Origin: Gammaproteobacteria bacterium
GTDB lineage: Bacteria; Pseudomonadota; Gammaproteobacteria; Steroidobacterales; PWYM01
Direction of reading: 5' to 3'
Length of the DNA stretch: 64,000 nt
Assembly (NCBI GenBank): GCA_020832005.1
Contig: JAFIFN010000002.1
Coordinates: 13,600 to 77,599, forward strand
The number at the start of each line of letters is the position of its first letter. Position 1 is the first letter of the stretch. Both the position numbers and the translations under genes were made by a program. Positions 1-9,557 of the stretch are shown one piece after another. Below the pieces are notes generated by a model, which was not told the DNA's origin, ran no database searches, and saw only the letters and a program-made list of their open reading frames with translations.

Positions 1-347
1 GCATCGAGCACGGCGCGCAGCTGTTCGACGTCGTTATCGAGCGATGGTGTCCAGCCGTCGCGGTCTGACAAACCGCAGCCAAGGCGGTCGTACCAGACGA
101 AGCGATGGTGGCGCGCGAGCTTGTCGCGGGCGCTGGCCGCGGCCGGGTGGGTCCACAGCTCGTGCAGGTGCGACAGCCAGCCGGGCAGCATGACCAGTGG
201 GGGTCCGTCGCCCAGACTGGCGTACGCCAGACGTGCGCCGCCGTCCAGCCGGCAGAAGCGCACGACCGGCCCTCGCGACTGTGGTGCCGCGGCTGCGCTC
301 GTGCGATTGCCACTTGCCGGAGGGATCAACGGAGCTTGTGCAGACAT
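1..347 (-). CDS. alpha/beta hydrolase fold protein, N-terminal part (gene runs off the left edge)
   Basis: Missing from the ORF track because it is cut by the window edge. Reverse translation from the ATG (complement of 345-347) has GGAGGA about 6 nt upstream. It reads MSAQAPL..VRFCRLDGGARLAYASLGDGPPLVMLPGWLSHLHELW..RFVWYDRLGCGLSDRD, a typical N-terminal region of alpha/beta hydrolases. It starts 28 nt after the TetR stop on the same strand. Confidence 0.7.
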   Translation of the reverse strand, partial: MSAQAPLIPPASGNRTSAAAAPQSRGPVVRFCRLDGGARLAYASLGDGPPLVMLPGWLSHLHELWTHPAAASARDKLARHHRFVWYDRLGCGLSDRDGWTPSLDNDVEQLRAVLD

Positions 348-375
348 GCTGGATTCCTCCTTCCTTGGCCCGCGC

Positions 376-969
376 CTATGGCGTGATCGCCGAACGGGCG
401 GGCAGTGCGCCGAAACAGAAGTCCAGCACATCGTCGAGCGGCGCCGGATGCCGCCAGAGCCGGCAGCGCAACGCCGCACCTTCCCAGCAGTTGAGAATCA
501 GGTTGGCCGCCTCGTGCGGATCGGTTTGCGCAGCGAGTTCGCCACGCTCTTGCGCCAGCGACAGGCAGGCGGCGATGCGCCCAGCGATGTATACAAAGCA
601 GTCCTCGATCTTGCGTCGGAAGACCTCGCTGGTTCCGGAGAGCTCCTGGCCGAGGCCGCCGAGCATGCAGCCGAAGTAACCCTCGCGCTCGTACTTGTCG
701 CGCGACAACTCGAAGAAGCGGCGGATGCGCGCCAGCGGCGGGCGCGTGGTGTCGTCGAGGCAGGCGTCGAGACCGGCGTGAACCTCGGTCATGTAGCGGT
801 CCACGACCTGCAGGGCAAAGTCCTGCTTGCTATCGAAGTGGTGGTAGAAGGAACCCTTCGGCACCCCCGCGGCCTGCAGCAGATCCTGCATGCCTAGCCC
901 GTTGTAGCCGCGCTCCAGCAGAAGCTGCAGCCCGATTTCAAGCAGCTTGTCCCGCGAATTTCCCGTCAT
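376..969 (-). CDS. TetR/AcrR family transcriptional regulator
   Basis: ORF 376..969. The N-terminus MTGNSRDKLLEIGLQLLLERGYNGLGMQDLLQAAGVPKGSFYHHFDSKQDF is a textbook TetR helix-turn-helix domain. Confidence 0.95.
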   Translation of the reverse strand: MTGNSRDKLLEIGLQLLLERGYNGLGMQDLLQAAGVPKGSFYHHFDSKQDFALQVVDRYMTEVHAGLDACLDDTTRPPLARIRRFFELSRDKYEREGYFGCMLGGLGQELSGTSEVFRRKIEDCFVYIAGRIAACLSLAQERGELAAQTDPHEAANLILNCWEGAALRCRLWRHPAPLDDVLDFCFGALPARSAITP

Positions 970-1059
970 CGCCCCGTCAAGTTGCCAAGCTTGCTCGCTC
1001 AGCGATTAAACCGACTGGTCTACTTGGGAGCCTACCATGACATAGAAACAGCGTAAAGA

Positions 1060-1728
1060 TCACCAAATTTCGTTCATCATCTGGCTTCGTCGCGCCAACT
1101 CCAGTTCGCTGGGCTCAGCACTCGGAAACGAACCGGGTTGGATTTCGCCGTCTGGCACATAGGTACTCATGACCACACCGATGGTCGAGAGCTGAGAGCG
1201 CACGAGCCGAAGGGCCGACGGCCTGGCAGTCTCGCTGAACAGTCGCTTGCCTCGCCCGAGCACGACTGGAAAAGTCCACACGTTGTACACGTCGATCAAC
1301 GAGGCGGCCTGGAGCGACTGAATCAACTCGCCGCTGCCAATCAACTGCAGGTCGGGTCCCGGTTGCGCCTTCAGGGCCGCAACTGCCCGGACGACATCGC
1401 CCTGGAGCAGCGTCGAGTTGGTCCAGCCGAGCGTCGTCAATGTGCGCGAAGCCACATGCTTTCTCGCCGCGTTCAGCGACTTCGCAATCGGGTTGTCCTC
1501 CGGCTGATAAGGCCAGTACGCTTCGAATATCTGATAGGTCCGACGCCCGAGCACAAGCTCTCGATCCTTGCCGTCAAAGCCGGCAGCCGACATGTCCATG
1601 CTGTCGTCCGCGTAGCCGAACATCCAGCCGCCGAGCCTAAAGCCGCCAGTAGCGTCTTCCTGCGGTCCGCCGGGTGCCTGCATGACGCCGTCAAGCGAAA
1701 CAAACGTCGACGCGATGAGTTTTCTCAT
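1060..1728 (-). CDS. dihydrofolate reductase-like (RibD C-terminal domain) family protein
   Basis: ORF 1060..1821 trimmed to the internal ATG at residue 32. MRKLIASTFVSLDGVMQAPGGPQED..LVLGRRTYQIF..LQLIGSGELIQSL..FPVVLGRGKRLF matches the RibD_C/DHFR-like family pattern. Confidence 0.85.
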   Translation of the reverse strand: MRKLIASTFVSLDGVMQAPGGPQEDATGGFRLGGWMFGYADDSMDMSAAGFDGKDRELVLGRRTYQIFEAYWPYQPEDNPIAKSLNAARKHVASRTLTTLGWTNSTLLQGDVVRAVAALKAQPGPDLQLIGSGELIQSLQAASLIDVYNVWTFPVVLGRGKRLFSETARPSALRLVRSQLSTIGVVMSTYVPDGEIQPGSFPSAEPSELELARRSQMMNEIW

Positions 1729-1799
1729 GGTTCTGCCCTTTCGTAAGATGCCGCGGCCATGGACCCACACGCCGCGTCGCCGATAGCAACGGCGTGGCG

Positions 1800-2105
1800 C
1801 TATCTCTCTGGCGCGTGGCAAACCGCTTCGACGTTGTGCCCGTCCGGACCAATCACGAAGGCCGCATAGTAGGTCGCGTGGTATTCCGGGCGCAGACCGG
1901 GAGCACCATTATCTTTGCCACCCGCCGCCAGCGCCGCGCAATAGAACGCGTCAACCTGCTGCCGATTCTCCGTCGGGAGGCCGCCAAGTTTCTCGGTGTG
2001 CTCAACGAGCACCCTTGTGTGCGAGGCATCAGGAATGCACCACGTGCGAGCGTTGCTGCCGTTCGTGTGCCAGTCCAGCATACCGCGCTGCGTGCAATGG
2101 CCCAA
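1800..2105 (-). pseudogene. VOC (glyoxalase/bleomycin-resistance) family gene remnant, C-terminal half only
   Basis: ORF 1800..2105 ends with QQVDAFYCAALAAGGKDNGAPGLRPEYHATYYAAFVIGPDGHNVEAVCH, the conserved C-terminal module of small VOC proteins. No N-terminal beta-alpha-beta-beta-beta module is present. The first 77 nt overlap the 3' end of the monooxygenase gene. The maximal ORF (101 aa) is shorter than a complete VOC domain pair. Confidence 0.5.
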
Positions 2106-3522
2106 ACCATTCCGCTTTCGTGCTTCTGCAGCGTCTCGACGGCAAACCCATGTCGTTCATCAGCCAGTCGATGTAGTGAGCAGTATAGACACCGATGAAA
2201 TGCCCCTCATCGTGCTCGGGCAAGTTTCTTCGGCTCCATTCCAGTACCCGGTCTATGCTTTGTTCCATCTCTGGCCGCGCGGGCAGGGCCAGTTCACCCC
2301 GAAAACATTGGGATAACCAGTGGGCGGCGATCTCGAAAGTCAGCGGGCAATTGCCCGAGGACGCATAGCCGATGAAACCGAGCCGTGGCTCGCCCGGCGG
2401 CAGAACGTGACGATACAGACGGAATCGGCCGTTGGATCGAATCGACTGCTCGAGGGCTGGTTCAAGAAAGGAAATATCCTGGCGCCAACCGGTTGCGCAG
2501 ATAACCAGATCCGCCTCGATCCTCTGACCATTGTCGAGCCTGATCCGATCGCCGCCGGTGAATACGTCAATCGAGGCACGCTTTGCCTCGACCACTCCCT
2601 GGTGGACAAGCGCATAGCATTCCGGCCCGATCCCCTGGTGATAGATGAGGGCATGAATTGGTCGGTCGGGCACCATGTGGCCGGGGGTATTCGACTCGCG
2701 GGCGATGATGCGGCACTGCCACTTGCGAACAAGCCACTGCAAAGGCAGCAGCGGCATGCCGAACCACCGCAGCCAGCGTTCCGTTCGGGGCATAGTGTGA
2801 TAGGCCGGAAAAGTGATCATTTCAGTCCAGCGCGTAAAAGCCTGGCGGTCGACTCGGGTCTGTCCGAAGTATCTCGGCAACATCCAGTAGGGCCTACGAA
2901 ACAGCAACGTGCAGGAATCGGCAACCCGGCCGGCAGCACTTGCGCAATCCAGCGCTGACTTACCCGCACCAACAACGACCACGCGCTTGCCACGGACGCC
3001 GTCAGCCGCTGGCATCTGGCTGCTGTGAAGGAGCTTCCCGGAAAAACCCTCGACGCCGTCGAACTTCGGGACATGGGGTACCGAATGCACGCCGTTGCAG
3101 ATCACCACGAAATCGAATTCGCGGGCTTCCCGCGTACCCGTGTCGTTCGTCCGCGTGACAACCCGAAACCGCCCCGGCGTGGATCCGGCCGGAGGATCGT
3201 GACGGGCCACCGAAATGACTTCGGTGTTCAGGCACAGGTCCTCCAGCAAACTGAAATGGCGCGCGTAGCGTTCAAAATAGTCTCGTAACTGAGCCGCAGT
3301 TGGAAATTCATCGGTCGTATCGGCGTGGGGAAAGTCCGAGTAGGCATACGTCGGTGCGGGATTGTTGGTACGAAGCCCAGGATAGGCACGCGCACTGACC
3401 CAGACGCCGCCAATCTCGGCCTCTTTGTCAAAAACCGTAACCTTGAATCCGTCCTGCTTGAGCACCTTGGCGGCAACCAGCCCCGCCACCCCGGCGCCGA
3501 CAACAGCAACATTCATTTGCAT
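2029..3522 (-). CDS. flavin-containing monooxygenase-like NAD(P)/FAD-dependent oxidoreductase
   Basis: ORF 2029..3552. FAD fold MNVAVVGAGVAGLVAAKVLKQDGFKVTVFDKEAEIGGVW and a second dinucleotide motif KRVVVVGAGKSALD. Length is about 497 aa. The start is set at the ATG at 3520-3522; the ORF-track start 30 nt upstream is a non-ATG codon. Confidence 0.85.
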   Translation of the reverse strand: MQMNVAVVGAGVAGLVAAKVLKQDGFKVTVFDKEAEIGGVWVSARAYPGLRTNNPAPTYAYSDFPHADTTDEFPTAAQLRDYFERYARHFSLLEDLCLNTEVISVARHDPPAGSTPGRFRVVTRTNDTGTREAREFDFVVICNGVHSVPHVPKFDGVEGFSGKLLHSSQMPAADGVRGKRVVVVGAGKSALDCASAAGRVADSCTLLFRRPYWMLPRYFGQTRVDRQAFTRWTEMITFPAYHTMPRTERWLRWFGMPLLPLQWLVRKWQCRIIARESNTPGHMVPDRPIHALIYHQGIGPECYALVHQGVVEAKRASIDVFTGGDRIRLDNGQRIEADLVICATGWRQDISFLEPALEQSIRSNGRFRLYRHVLPPGEPRLGFIGYASSGNCPLTFEIAAHWLSQCFRGELALPARPEMEQSIDRVLEWSRRNLPEHDEGHFIGVYTAHYIDWLMNDMGLPSRRCRSTKAEWFGPLHAARYAGLAHERQQRSHVVHS

Positions 3523-3573
3523 CCCAGGCACCTGTTCCGGTTCGCCAGGCAACGCGTCGACCGGTTTCTCAAG

Positions 3574-3630
3574 GACGATGAGTACGAAGCAGTCCTCGAT
3601 ATTGCGTCGGAAGACCTCGCTTGTGCCAGA
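3574..3630 (-). pseudogene. TetR gene fragment (about 19 codons), a relic copy of part of the TetR gene at 376..969
   Basis: Reverse translation gives SGTSEVFRRNIEDCFVLIV, compared with SGTSEVFRRKIEDCFVYIA in residues 111-129 of the intact TetR. 43 of 48 nt are identical between 3583-3630 and 592-639. The fragment is bounded by the DUF4242 stop at 3632 and runs in frame into the monooxygenase leader. Confidence 0.75.
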
Positions 3631-3631
3631 T

Positions 3632-3958
3632 TCAGTTGTTGGCGGTGAGCGGGTCGATGATCTGTGGGACTTCCGTCACCCGGGTCACCGGGATACCGCT
3701 CAGCTCGGCGTGCTCGTGTACCACCGCTTCGCTTTCGCCAAGATAGATACAGAAGGATTTATCGCCAGCCACGTAGCTGTGCTGCCACTGCACCCGTCCG
3801 TCGAGTTGGCGGATGGCGCCATTGGACGCCCGGGCAGCGCCGCACAGCTCGACGATGGACATCCCGCCGATGCCGGGGATATCACGTTCGATAAGAAATC
3901 GCTTGAGTTGCGTCATCTTCCAGTCCTCCGGGGTTTCGTTCTTGATCGTAGCTGGCAT
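3632..3958 (-). CDS. DUF4242 domain-containing protein (SCO4226-like small alpha/beta protein)
   Basis: ORF 3632..4009. The core KRFLIERDIPGIGGMSIVELCGAARASNGAIRQL..VQWQHSYVAGDKSFCIYLGESEAVVHEHAELSGIPVTRVTEV matches the DUF4242 pattern. The start is uncertain. The ATG at 3958 has GGGAGGG upstream and the ATG at 3916 has GGAGGA upstream; 3916 would give the family-typical 94 aa. Confidence 0.75.
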   Translation of the reverse strand: MPATIKNETPEDWKMTQLKRFLIERDIPGIGGMSIVELCGAARASNGAIRQLDGRVQWQHSYVAGDKSFCIYLGESEAVVHEHAELSGIPVTRVTEVPQIIDPLTANN

Positions 3959-4030
3959 TGTCGCCCTCCCTCGCACACCCGAAAAGCTAAAACTTCTTGG
4001 CGCATACAAAGAAAAACTTTAGTATGAAGT

Positions 4031-4996
4031 ATGGCCGCGCTGTCGCATTTGCGATCTCTTCAAGCCCTCGAAGCCGCCATTCGTGCCGGCTCGCTCAAGG
4101 GCGCGGCAGCGGAGTTGTCGATCACTCCCGCTGCCGTGGGGCAGCGCATCAAGACGCTCGAAGACTATCTCGGTGAGGATCTGCTGATGCGCGGACGCAG
4201 CGGACTGTCGCCCACGACAAGCTGCCACGCCGCGCTGGAGCATCTTCGTCGCGGCTTCCGTCAACTCGAGGCGGCGGCAGAAGCGCTCGAACTGCAGCGA
4301 GGACACGAGATTCATGTCGCGGCGCTGTCGGATTTCGCCGAGCTGTGGCTGAAGCCTCGCCTGTCGACGTATCGGGCAATGCATCCGAACACCTTGTTCT
4401 GCATAAACGGTGAAGGCGACGTGGCCTTGCGCGTCGGCCCAGGCGACTGCGAGATTTTCTTCGGCCCGGTGGTTGATGATCCGTGCAGCGACGTGCTGTT
4501 CCGCGACTTCGTGGCGCCGGTTTCCTCTCCAGAGAACACCCGGCGCATCTCCCGGTCACGCAAGCGCTACAGCCTGGAAGGGTTTCCTCTGTTGCATCTG
4601 GACTTTTACCGCAATGACCCTGCAGTGCCGAGCTGGGCCGGCTGGACGTCCATGCATGGCCGGCGGCGTACCGCACCGGAGCGGGGCATTCGCTTCCAGC
4701 GCATTGCTCCGGTGCTCGATGCCGTGATGGCCGATGCCGGCCTGGCCCTCTGCGGTCTGGTGTTGGCCACGGCGCTCGTTGAACAGGGACGATTGTCGTT
4801 GACGTTCGGCGCCCGCGTCGGGGTGTGGACCGAGCAGGCATTCCAGGCGCGTTATCGCAATGCTGCGCTGCTGCGTCCGCAGGTGCGTAGGTTTCGAGCC
4901 TGGTTGGTCGAAGAGGCCAACATGACACGCGCGCAGCTCGTGGCCCTGGCCGGTGTCACGCCAGCCGAGGCACTGCCTGCCAACGGCAACACCTGA
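4031..4996 (+). CDS. LysR family transcriptional regulator (GcvA-like)
   Basis: ORF 4031..4996. The N-terminal HTH is LRSLQALEAAIRAGSLKGAAAELSITPAAVGQRIKTLEDYLGEDLLMR, followed by a LysR substrate-binding-size C-terminus. It is divergent from the DUF4242 gene. Confidence 0.9.
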   Translation: MAALSHLRSLQALEAAIRAGSLKGAAAELSITPAAVGQRIKTLEDYLGEDLLMRGRSGLSPTTSCHAALEHLRRGFRQLEAAAEALELQRGHEIHVAALSDFAELWLKPRLSTYRAMHPNTLFCINGEGDVALRVGPGDCEIFFGPVVDDPCSDVLFRDFVAPVSSPENTRRISRSRKRYSLEGFPLLHLDFYRNDPAVPSWAGWTSMHGRRRTAPERGIRFQRIAPVLDAVMADAGLALCGLVLATALVEQGRLSLTFGARVGVWTEQAFQARYRNAALLRPQVRRFRAWLVEEANMTRAQLVALAGVTPAEALPANGNT

Positions 4997-5017
4997 ATCG
5001 AGCCACGCAGGTTTTGG

Positions 5018-6262
5018 TCACCGTTCCACGCGGCGTCCGTAGGTCAGCCGCCGCCACAGCCACTCCAGCGGTCCCTGCCGGAATCGACTCAGCCACAGCG
5101 GCGAGTACCACAGCTGCAGCGCCCAGATCGCGAACACCACCAGGATCTGTCCGCTGCGCTCGAGATCGCCGAACCAGCCGAGGCCGTGACCGTAGAACAG
5201 GAAGACGCAGATCACCGTCTGCATCAGGTAATTGGTGAATGCCATCCTTCCGACGGCGGCCAGTCGTGCGGTCAGCCAACTCATCGCGCCGCTCTGATAG
5301 ACGAGGGTGAGTACGCCAATCCAGCCAAGCATTACCAGAACGCTGCCCCAGTAATTGAACTGACTGCCAAGGAACATCGACGAAAGGCCCCACTCGCTGG
5401 CGGTGTTCCAGTAGACCCCGTAGGCCACCAGCGGCAGGCCGATCAATAACGCCGCAGCGATGAAAGCCAGGTAGATGCCCGTCGGGCGTGTGCCGCCCAG
5501 GATGCCGGACTTGTACAGCGCCATGCCGATGAGCATCAGGCCGGCGGCGCGCCAGAAGCCCCAGATCAGCAGCAGGAAGGTCTGGAATTCGATGGCGGTG
5601 GGCACGCGCAGCGCCATCTGCTCGAGCCAGCCACCACGGTAGGCGGCAAGCTCGCGCGCCAGCACCTCGGCGGTGGGTTGCCAGGATTCGTCGATCATCG
5701 CCGCCACCTGCGCCGCGGGCCAATGTGGCAGCGACAGGCCGAAGAACAGGTAGATCAGCGACGACACCGACAGCAGCAGCAGACCGGCGGTCATCAACGA
5801 CACGACAGACCAGCGCCGCGCCCAGAACACCACCGCCCCGCACACCGCATACAGCACCAGGATGTCGCCGAACCACAGCAGGTAGGCGTGCGCCAGCCCA
5901 AACAGCAGCAGCCAGAACAGGCGGCGGTAATGCAGCGCCGTGGCTGAGTGTCCTTTCGCCTCTGCACGTTCGGCGAACAGCACAATACCGGCACCGAACA
6001 GCACCGAGAACAGCGCCATGAACTTCTGGTCGGCGAGCAGGTGACTGCCCAGCCACACCGCGTAATTCAGGCCCGTCAGATCGCCCCACACCGTGGGATT
6101 GACATACGTGGCCATCGGCATCGAGAAGGCCTGGATGTTCATGACGAGGATGCCGAGCACCGCCAGTCCGCGCAGCACATCGAGCTGCACCTGGCACCGT
6201 GCCGGGGCAACACCTTCTGTTGAGATCGATTCGGTGGCGACGCTGGGCGCTGCTTCGCTCAT
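5018..6262 (-). CDS. DUF418 domain-containing membrane protein (YeiB-like)
   Basis: ORF 5018..6397 trimmed to the ATG at residue 46 (MSEAAPSV). LDVLRGLAVLGILVMNIQAF..ADQKFMALFSVLFGAGIVLF..RRLFWLLLFGLAHAYLLWFGDIL..PLEWLWRRLTYG is the YeiB/DUF418 polytopic pattern. Confidence 0.8.
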   Translation of the reverse strand: MSEAAPSVATESISTEGVAPARCQVQLDVLRGLAVLGILVMNIQAFSMPMATYVNPTVWGDLTGLNYAVWLGSHLLADQKFMALFSVLFGAGIVLFAERAEAKGHSATALHYRRLFWLLLFGLAHAYLLWFGDILVLYAVCGAVVFWARRWSVVSLMTAGLLLLSVSSLIYLFFGLSLPHWPAAQVAAMIDESWQPTAEVLARELAAYRGGWLEQMALRVPTAIEFQTFLLLIWGFWRAAGLMLIGMALYKSGILGGTRPTGIYLAFIAAALLIGLPLVAYGVYWNTASEWGLSSMFLGSQFNYWGSVLVMLGWIGVLTLVYQSGAMSWLTARLAAVGRMAFTNYLMQTVICVFLFYGHGLGWFGDLERSGQILVVFAIWALQLWYSPLWLSRFRQGPLEWLWRRLTYGRRVER

Positions 6263-6433
6263 GTCTGCGGTCTCCTGCCTGGCGTGAAGCGCGCCCGCGC
6301 TATCGTAGCCGCGCGGTATGGCAATGGGAACGTCCAGCTGCCCGGGTTTGCATGTCGTTGGCATAGCATGCGTGAACCAAGTGGTCGTGCCCAGCACTCT
6401 GAAATCGACACAAAGGCGCTACAATCGCTGCGT

Positions 6434-7321
6434 ATGCAATTCCTCCACGGCAGCTTCACCCTGGGACTGATCGGCCTGAACCTGCTGTTCTGGGCCATAC
6501 CCCTGTACCTGGTCGCCCTGGTCAAGCTGCTGCCGTTCGAACCGCTGAGACTCACCTGCGACCGGATCCTCGTGCAGCTCGCGCAGAACTGGATCAGCGG
6601 CAACCAGCTGATTCTCTCTTCGACCCAGCGCATCACCTGGGATGTGCAGGGCATTGATGCACTGCAGCGCAAGGACTGGTACCTGGTGATCTGCAACCAC
6701 CAGAGCTGGGTGGACATCCTGGTGCTGCAGGGCGTGTTCAACCGGCGTATCCCGTTTCTGAAGTTCTTTCTAAAGAAACAACTGATCTGGGTGCCGGTGC
6801 TGGGACTGGCCTGGTGGGCGCTGGATTTTCCGTTCATGCAGCGCCATTCGCGCGAGTATCTCGAACGGCACCCGGAGGCGCGCGGCCAGGATCTCGAGGT
6901 CACACGTCGTGCCTGCGAGCACTTCAGCGCCATGCCGACCTCGGTGATGAACTTCGTCGAGGGCACGCGCTTCACCGCCGCCAAGCATGCCGATCAGGAT
7001 TCGCCGTATCGCTACCTGCTCAAGCCGCGCGCCGGCGGCACGGCGTTCGTGCTCGGCGCCATGGGTGAGATCCTGCATCGCATCGTCGATGTCACCATCG
7101 TCTACCCGGGGGGCGCGCCGAGCTTGTGGGAACTGTGCAGCGGGCGCGTCCGGCGCATCGTCGTGCGTGTGAAGGTGCGTGATATCCCCGAGTGGACACG
7201 CCAGGGCGACTACCAGGAAGACGCGGCCTTCCGCGCCCGCCTGCAGGCCTGGCTTACCGCCATGTGGGAAGAGAAGAATCGCCAGATAGGCACGACACTG
7301 GCCAGGGCGACCACGACATGA
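6434..7321 (+). CDS. yihG: YihG-like lysophospholipid (1-acyl-sn-glycerol-3-phosphate) acyltransferase
   Basis: ORF 6284..7321 trimmed to the ATG at 6434 ([20 protein letters not shown]). It aligns with E. coli YihG as I remember it: [17 protein letters not shown] (HX4D motif NHQSWVD), [34 protein letters not shown]. Confidence 0.8.
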   Translation: MQFLHGSFTLGLIGLNLLFWAIPLYLVALVKLLPFEPLRLTCDRILVQLAQNWISGNQLILSSTQRITWDVQGIDALQRKDWYLVICNHQSWVDILVLQGVFNRRIPFLKFFLKKQLIWVPVLGLAWWALDFPFMQRHSREYLERHPEARGQDLEVTRRACEHFSAMPTSVMNFVEGTRFTAAKHADQDSPYRYLLKPRAGGTAFVLGAMGEILHRIVDVTIVYPGGAPSLWELCSGRVRRIVVRVKVRDIPEWTRQGDYQEDAAFRARLQAWLTAMWEEKNRQIGTTLARATTT

Positions 7322-7989
7322 GTGCAGCGAAGATGCGGCCGCTGAGCGAGTATCGTGAGTATCCGCCCGACGAGATGCGCGGCAGGGCGGCAAGCTTCAG
7401 CGAAGAGATGTCACGCCGACGCAGTGTCCGGGCGTTTTCCGACCGTGCCGTGCCCCGCGAGGTGATCGAGCACTGCCTGCGCGCGGCCGGCAGTGCACCC
7501 TCGGGCGCTCACCGCCAGCCCTGGTATTTCGTCGCCATCGCCGATGCTGGCGTGAAGCGCGAGATCCGCCTGGCCGCGGAGGCCGAAGAACGTGAGTTCT
7601 ATGAACGGCGCGCGCCTGAAGACTGGCTGGCAGCGCTCGCGCCGTTTGCGACCACCGCGGAAAAGCCGTTTCTCGAAACCGCGCCCTGGCTGATCGCCAT
7701 CTTCGAGCAGCGCTGGGGTTACGATGCCGATGGCAACAAGTTGAAGCACTACTACCCCAGCGAATCGGTGGGCATCGCCACCGGACTGCTGATCGCGGCC
7801 CTCCACCATGCCGGCGTGGCGACACTGACCCACACGCCCAGCCCGATGAAATTCCTCAACAGCATTCTCGGCCGACCGACACAGGAGCGGCCGTTTCTGT
7901 TGCTGGTGTGCGGCTACCCGGGTGCCGATGCCACGGTGCCGGATATCCGGCGCAAATCACTGGCGGAGATTGCGGAGTTCCGGGACTAG
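7318..7989 (+). CDS. nitroreductase family protein, iodotyrosine deiodinase (IYD)-like
   Basis: ORF 7192..7989 trimmed to the ATG at 7318, which overlaps the acyltransferase stop (ATGA). [87 protein letters not shown] closely parallels animal and bacterial IYD. Confidence 0.8.
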   Translation: MSAAKMRPLSEYREYPPDEMRGRAASFSEEMSRRRSVRAFSDRAVPREVIEHCLRAAGSAPSGAHRQPWYFVAIADAGVKREIRLAAEAEEREFYERRAPEDWLAALAPFATTAEKPFLETAPWLIAIFEQRWGYDADGNKLKHYYPSESVGIATGLLIAALHHAGVATLTHTPSPMKFLNSILGRPTQERPFLLLVCGYPGADATVPDIRRKSLAEIAEFRD

Positions 7990-9518
7990 AACGACAAGCG
8001 CTCACCCAGCAGTTTGCCGAAGGTCATGGCGGGCGTGACCAGCGCGCCGCCGACATAGCCCTTGCCGGAGGTCGCCCCGGCGCCGAGGATCTCGCCGGCC
8101 GCATACAGCCCCGGAATCGCCTCGCCGGAGCTTCGCAGCACGCGCAGCTGCTCGTCGACAACAAGACCTGCAAACGACACCAGCGTCCAGCCCTGGGACT
8201 GGATCGCGTAGTAGGGACCCGAGTCGAGCGACACCGGACGGTGTTCACGTCCCAGCGCGTCGGCGTCGTTTCGCTCGCGCGCACGGTTGTACTCGGCCAC
8301 CGTGCGCTGCAGATTCAGCGGATGGATACCCACCCGCGCCGCCAGCGATGCCACGGTGGGCGCGGAGGCAAACATCGGGTGTGACTCGAAGGCGTCGCGC
8401 AACTGCTGCGTGCTCCAGGACGACACCAGCGATGGCGCCTCGGCCAGCGTGCGTTCATCGAAGATCACCCAGAAGCGATGCCCGGGCTGCTTGTCCAGTG
8501 CCGTCTCGCGATGATGCACACCCTCGAGGTCCTCGCGCACGAAACGCTCGCCGCGCTGATTCACATACAGCTCCCAGGGCTTGCGACGCAGCGGATTGAG
8601 CGTGAGGCCCACATCCAGCGCCGCCGGCACCCAGGCATCGGCCATGACCATGCCGAACAGGCCGAGGTACTTGTCACCACCGTGCAGGTGCCCGCCTGCG
8701 CCCAGGCCGAGCATCAATCCGACGCCCTGGCTGTGCGCATAGGCCGCCTGGCAATACAGCGGCACGCCATGCAGGTCTTCGAACATGCGCGGATTGGCGG
8801 CGCAACCGCCGGCGGCCAGCAACACTTTGGCGCCCGAGACATCCCGACGCTGACCTGCCGCGTCCTCGACCACGACGCCGGTGACGCGTCCCTGTGCATT
8901 CTGGATCAGCTCGACCGCGCCGGTCTCCATCATCACGTCGATCCGACCGGCCTCGATGTGCGGCGTTACCAACTGCATCAGGACACGCAGGATGGAGCGC
9001 CCGTCCTCCGGACCCCACAGGTAGCGGCGCGTCTGATAAGGCTCGTGCCCGCCCCCTGCCACCGGCATGTTGGGCGCGGTCTCGAAGCCGTGCTCGGCCA
9101 GCCAGTTGATGGTCGCGCCACCGTGCTGCGTCCACAGCCGCAGCATCTGCGGGTCGGAGGTGTTGTCGTTGATGCGCATGGCATCGTCATAGTGCGCCTG
9201 TGGCGAGTCACTGATGCCCTCGCGCGCCTGGAACACAGTACCGGCAGCCGCGATCTGGCCGGTGGACAGATGCAGCGTGCCACCGAGCTGTGCGGCCTGT
9301 TCGATGATCAGCACCCGCACGCCGCGTTGCGCGGCATGGATGGCGGCGGGCAGCCCCGCGGTACCGCCGCCGATGATGATGAGATCCCAGGTCTTGCCGC
9401 CCGACTGCGCGCGCGCCGCCGACGCCAGCGCCGAGAGCGACAGCATCGCCCCGGCGCCCTTGATGAGCGTGCGGCGGGACAGGTCGAGTGTGCCGGAGCG
9501 GTCAGTGGGCTGGGTCAT
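7986..9518 (-). CDS. Tat-exported FAD-dependent oxidoreductase (fumarate reductase / KstD-like flavoprotein)
   Basis: ORF 7986..9518. Twin-arginine signal [28 protein letters not shown] fold [31 protein letters not shown], and C-terminal [11 protein letters not shown]. Confidence 0.85.
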   Translation of the reverse strand: MTQPTDRSGTLDLSRRTLIKGAGAMLSLSALASAARAQSGGKTWDLIIIGGGTAGLPAAIHAAQRGVRVLIIEQAAQLGGTLHLSTGQIAAAGTVFQAREGISDSPQAHYDDAMRINDNTSDPQMLRLWTQHGGATINWLAEHGFETAPNMPVAGGGHEPYQTRRYLWGPEDGRSILRVLMQLVTPHIEAGRIDVMMETGAVELIQNAQGRVTGVVVEDAAGQRRDVSGAKVLLAAGGCAANPRMFEDLHGVPLYCQAAYAHSQGVGLMLGLGAGGHLHGGDKYLGLFGMVMADAWVPAALDVGLTLNPLRRKPWELYVNQRGERFVREDLEGVHHRETALDKQPGHRFWVIFDERTLAEAPSLVSSWSTQQLRDAFESHPMFASAPTVASLAARVGIHPLNLQRTVAEYNRARERNDADALGREHRPVSLDSGPYYAIQSQGWTLVSFAGLVVDEQLRVLRSSGEAIPGLYAAGEILGAGATSGKGYVGGALVTPAMTFGKLLGERLSF

Positions 9519-9557
9519 CGAGGCATTCCTTCATTCTGGCGACAGCACAACAAGATA

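Noticed and set aside
4956-6197. 413-aa Arg/Ala/Pro-rich ORF overlapping the DUF418 gene on the same strand in another frame.
   Set aside because: It has extreme Arg/Ala/Gly/Pro composition and no membrane or domain pattern. The alternative frame encodes a coherent YeiB-like polytopic protein.
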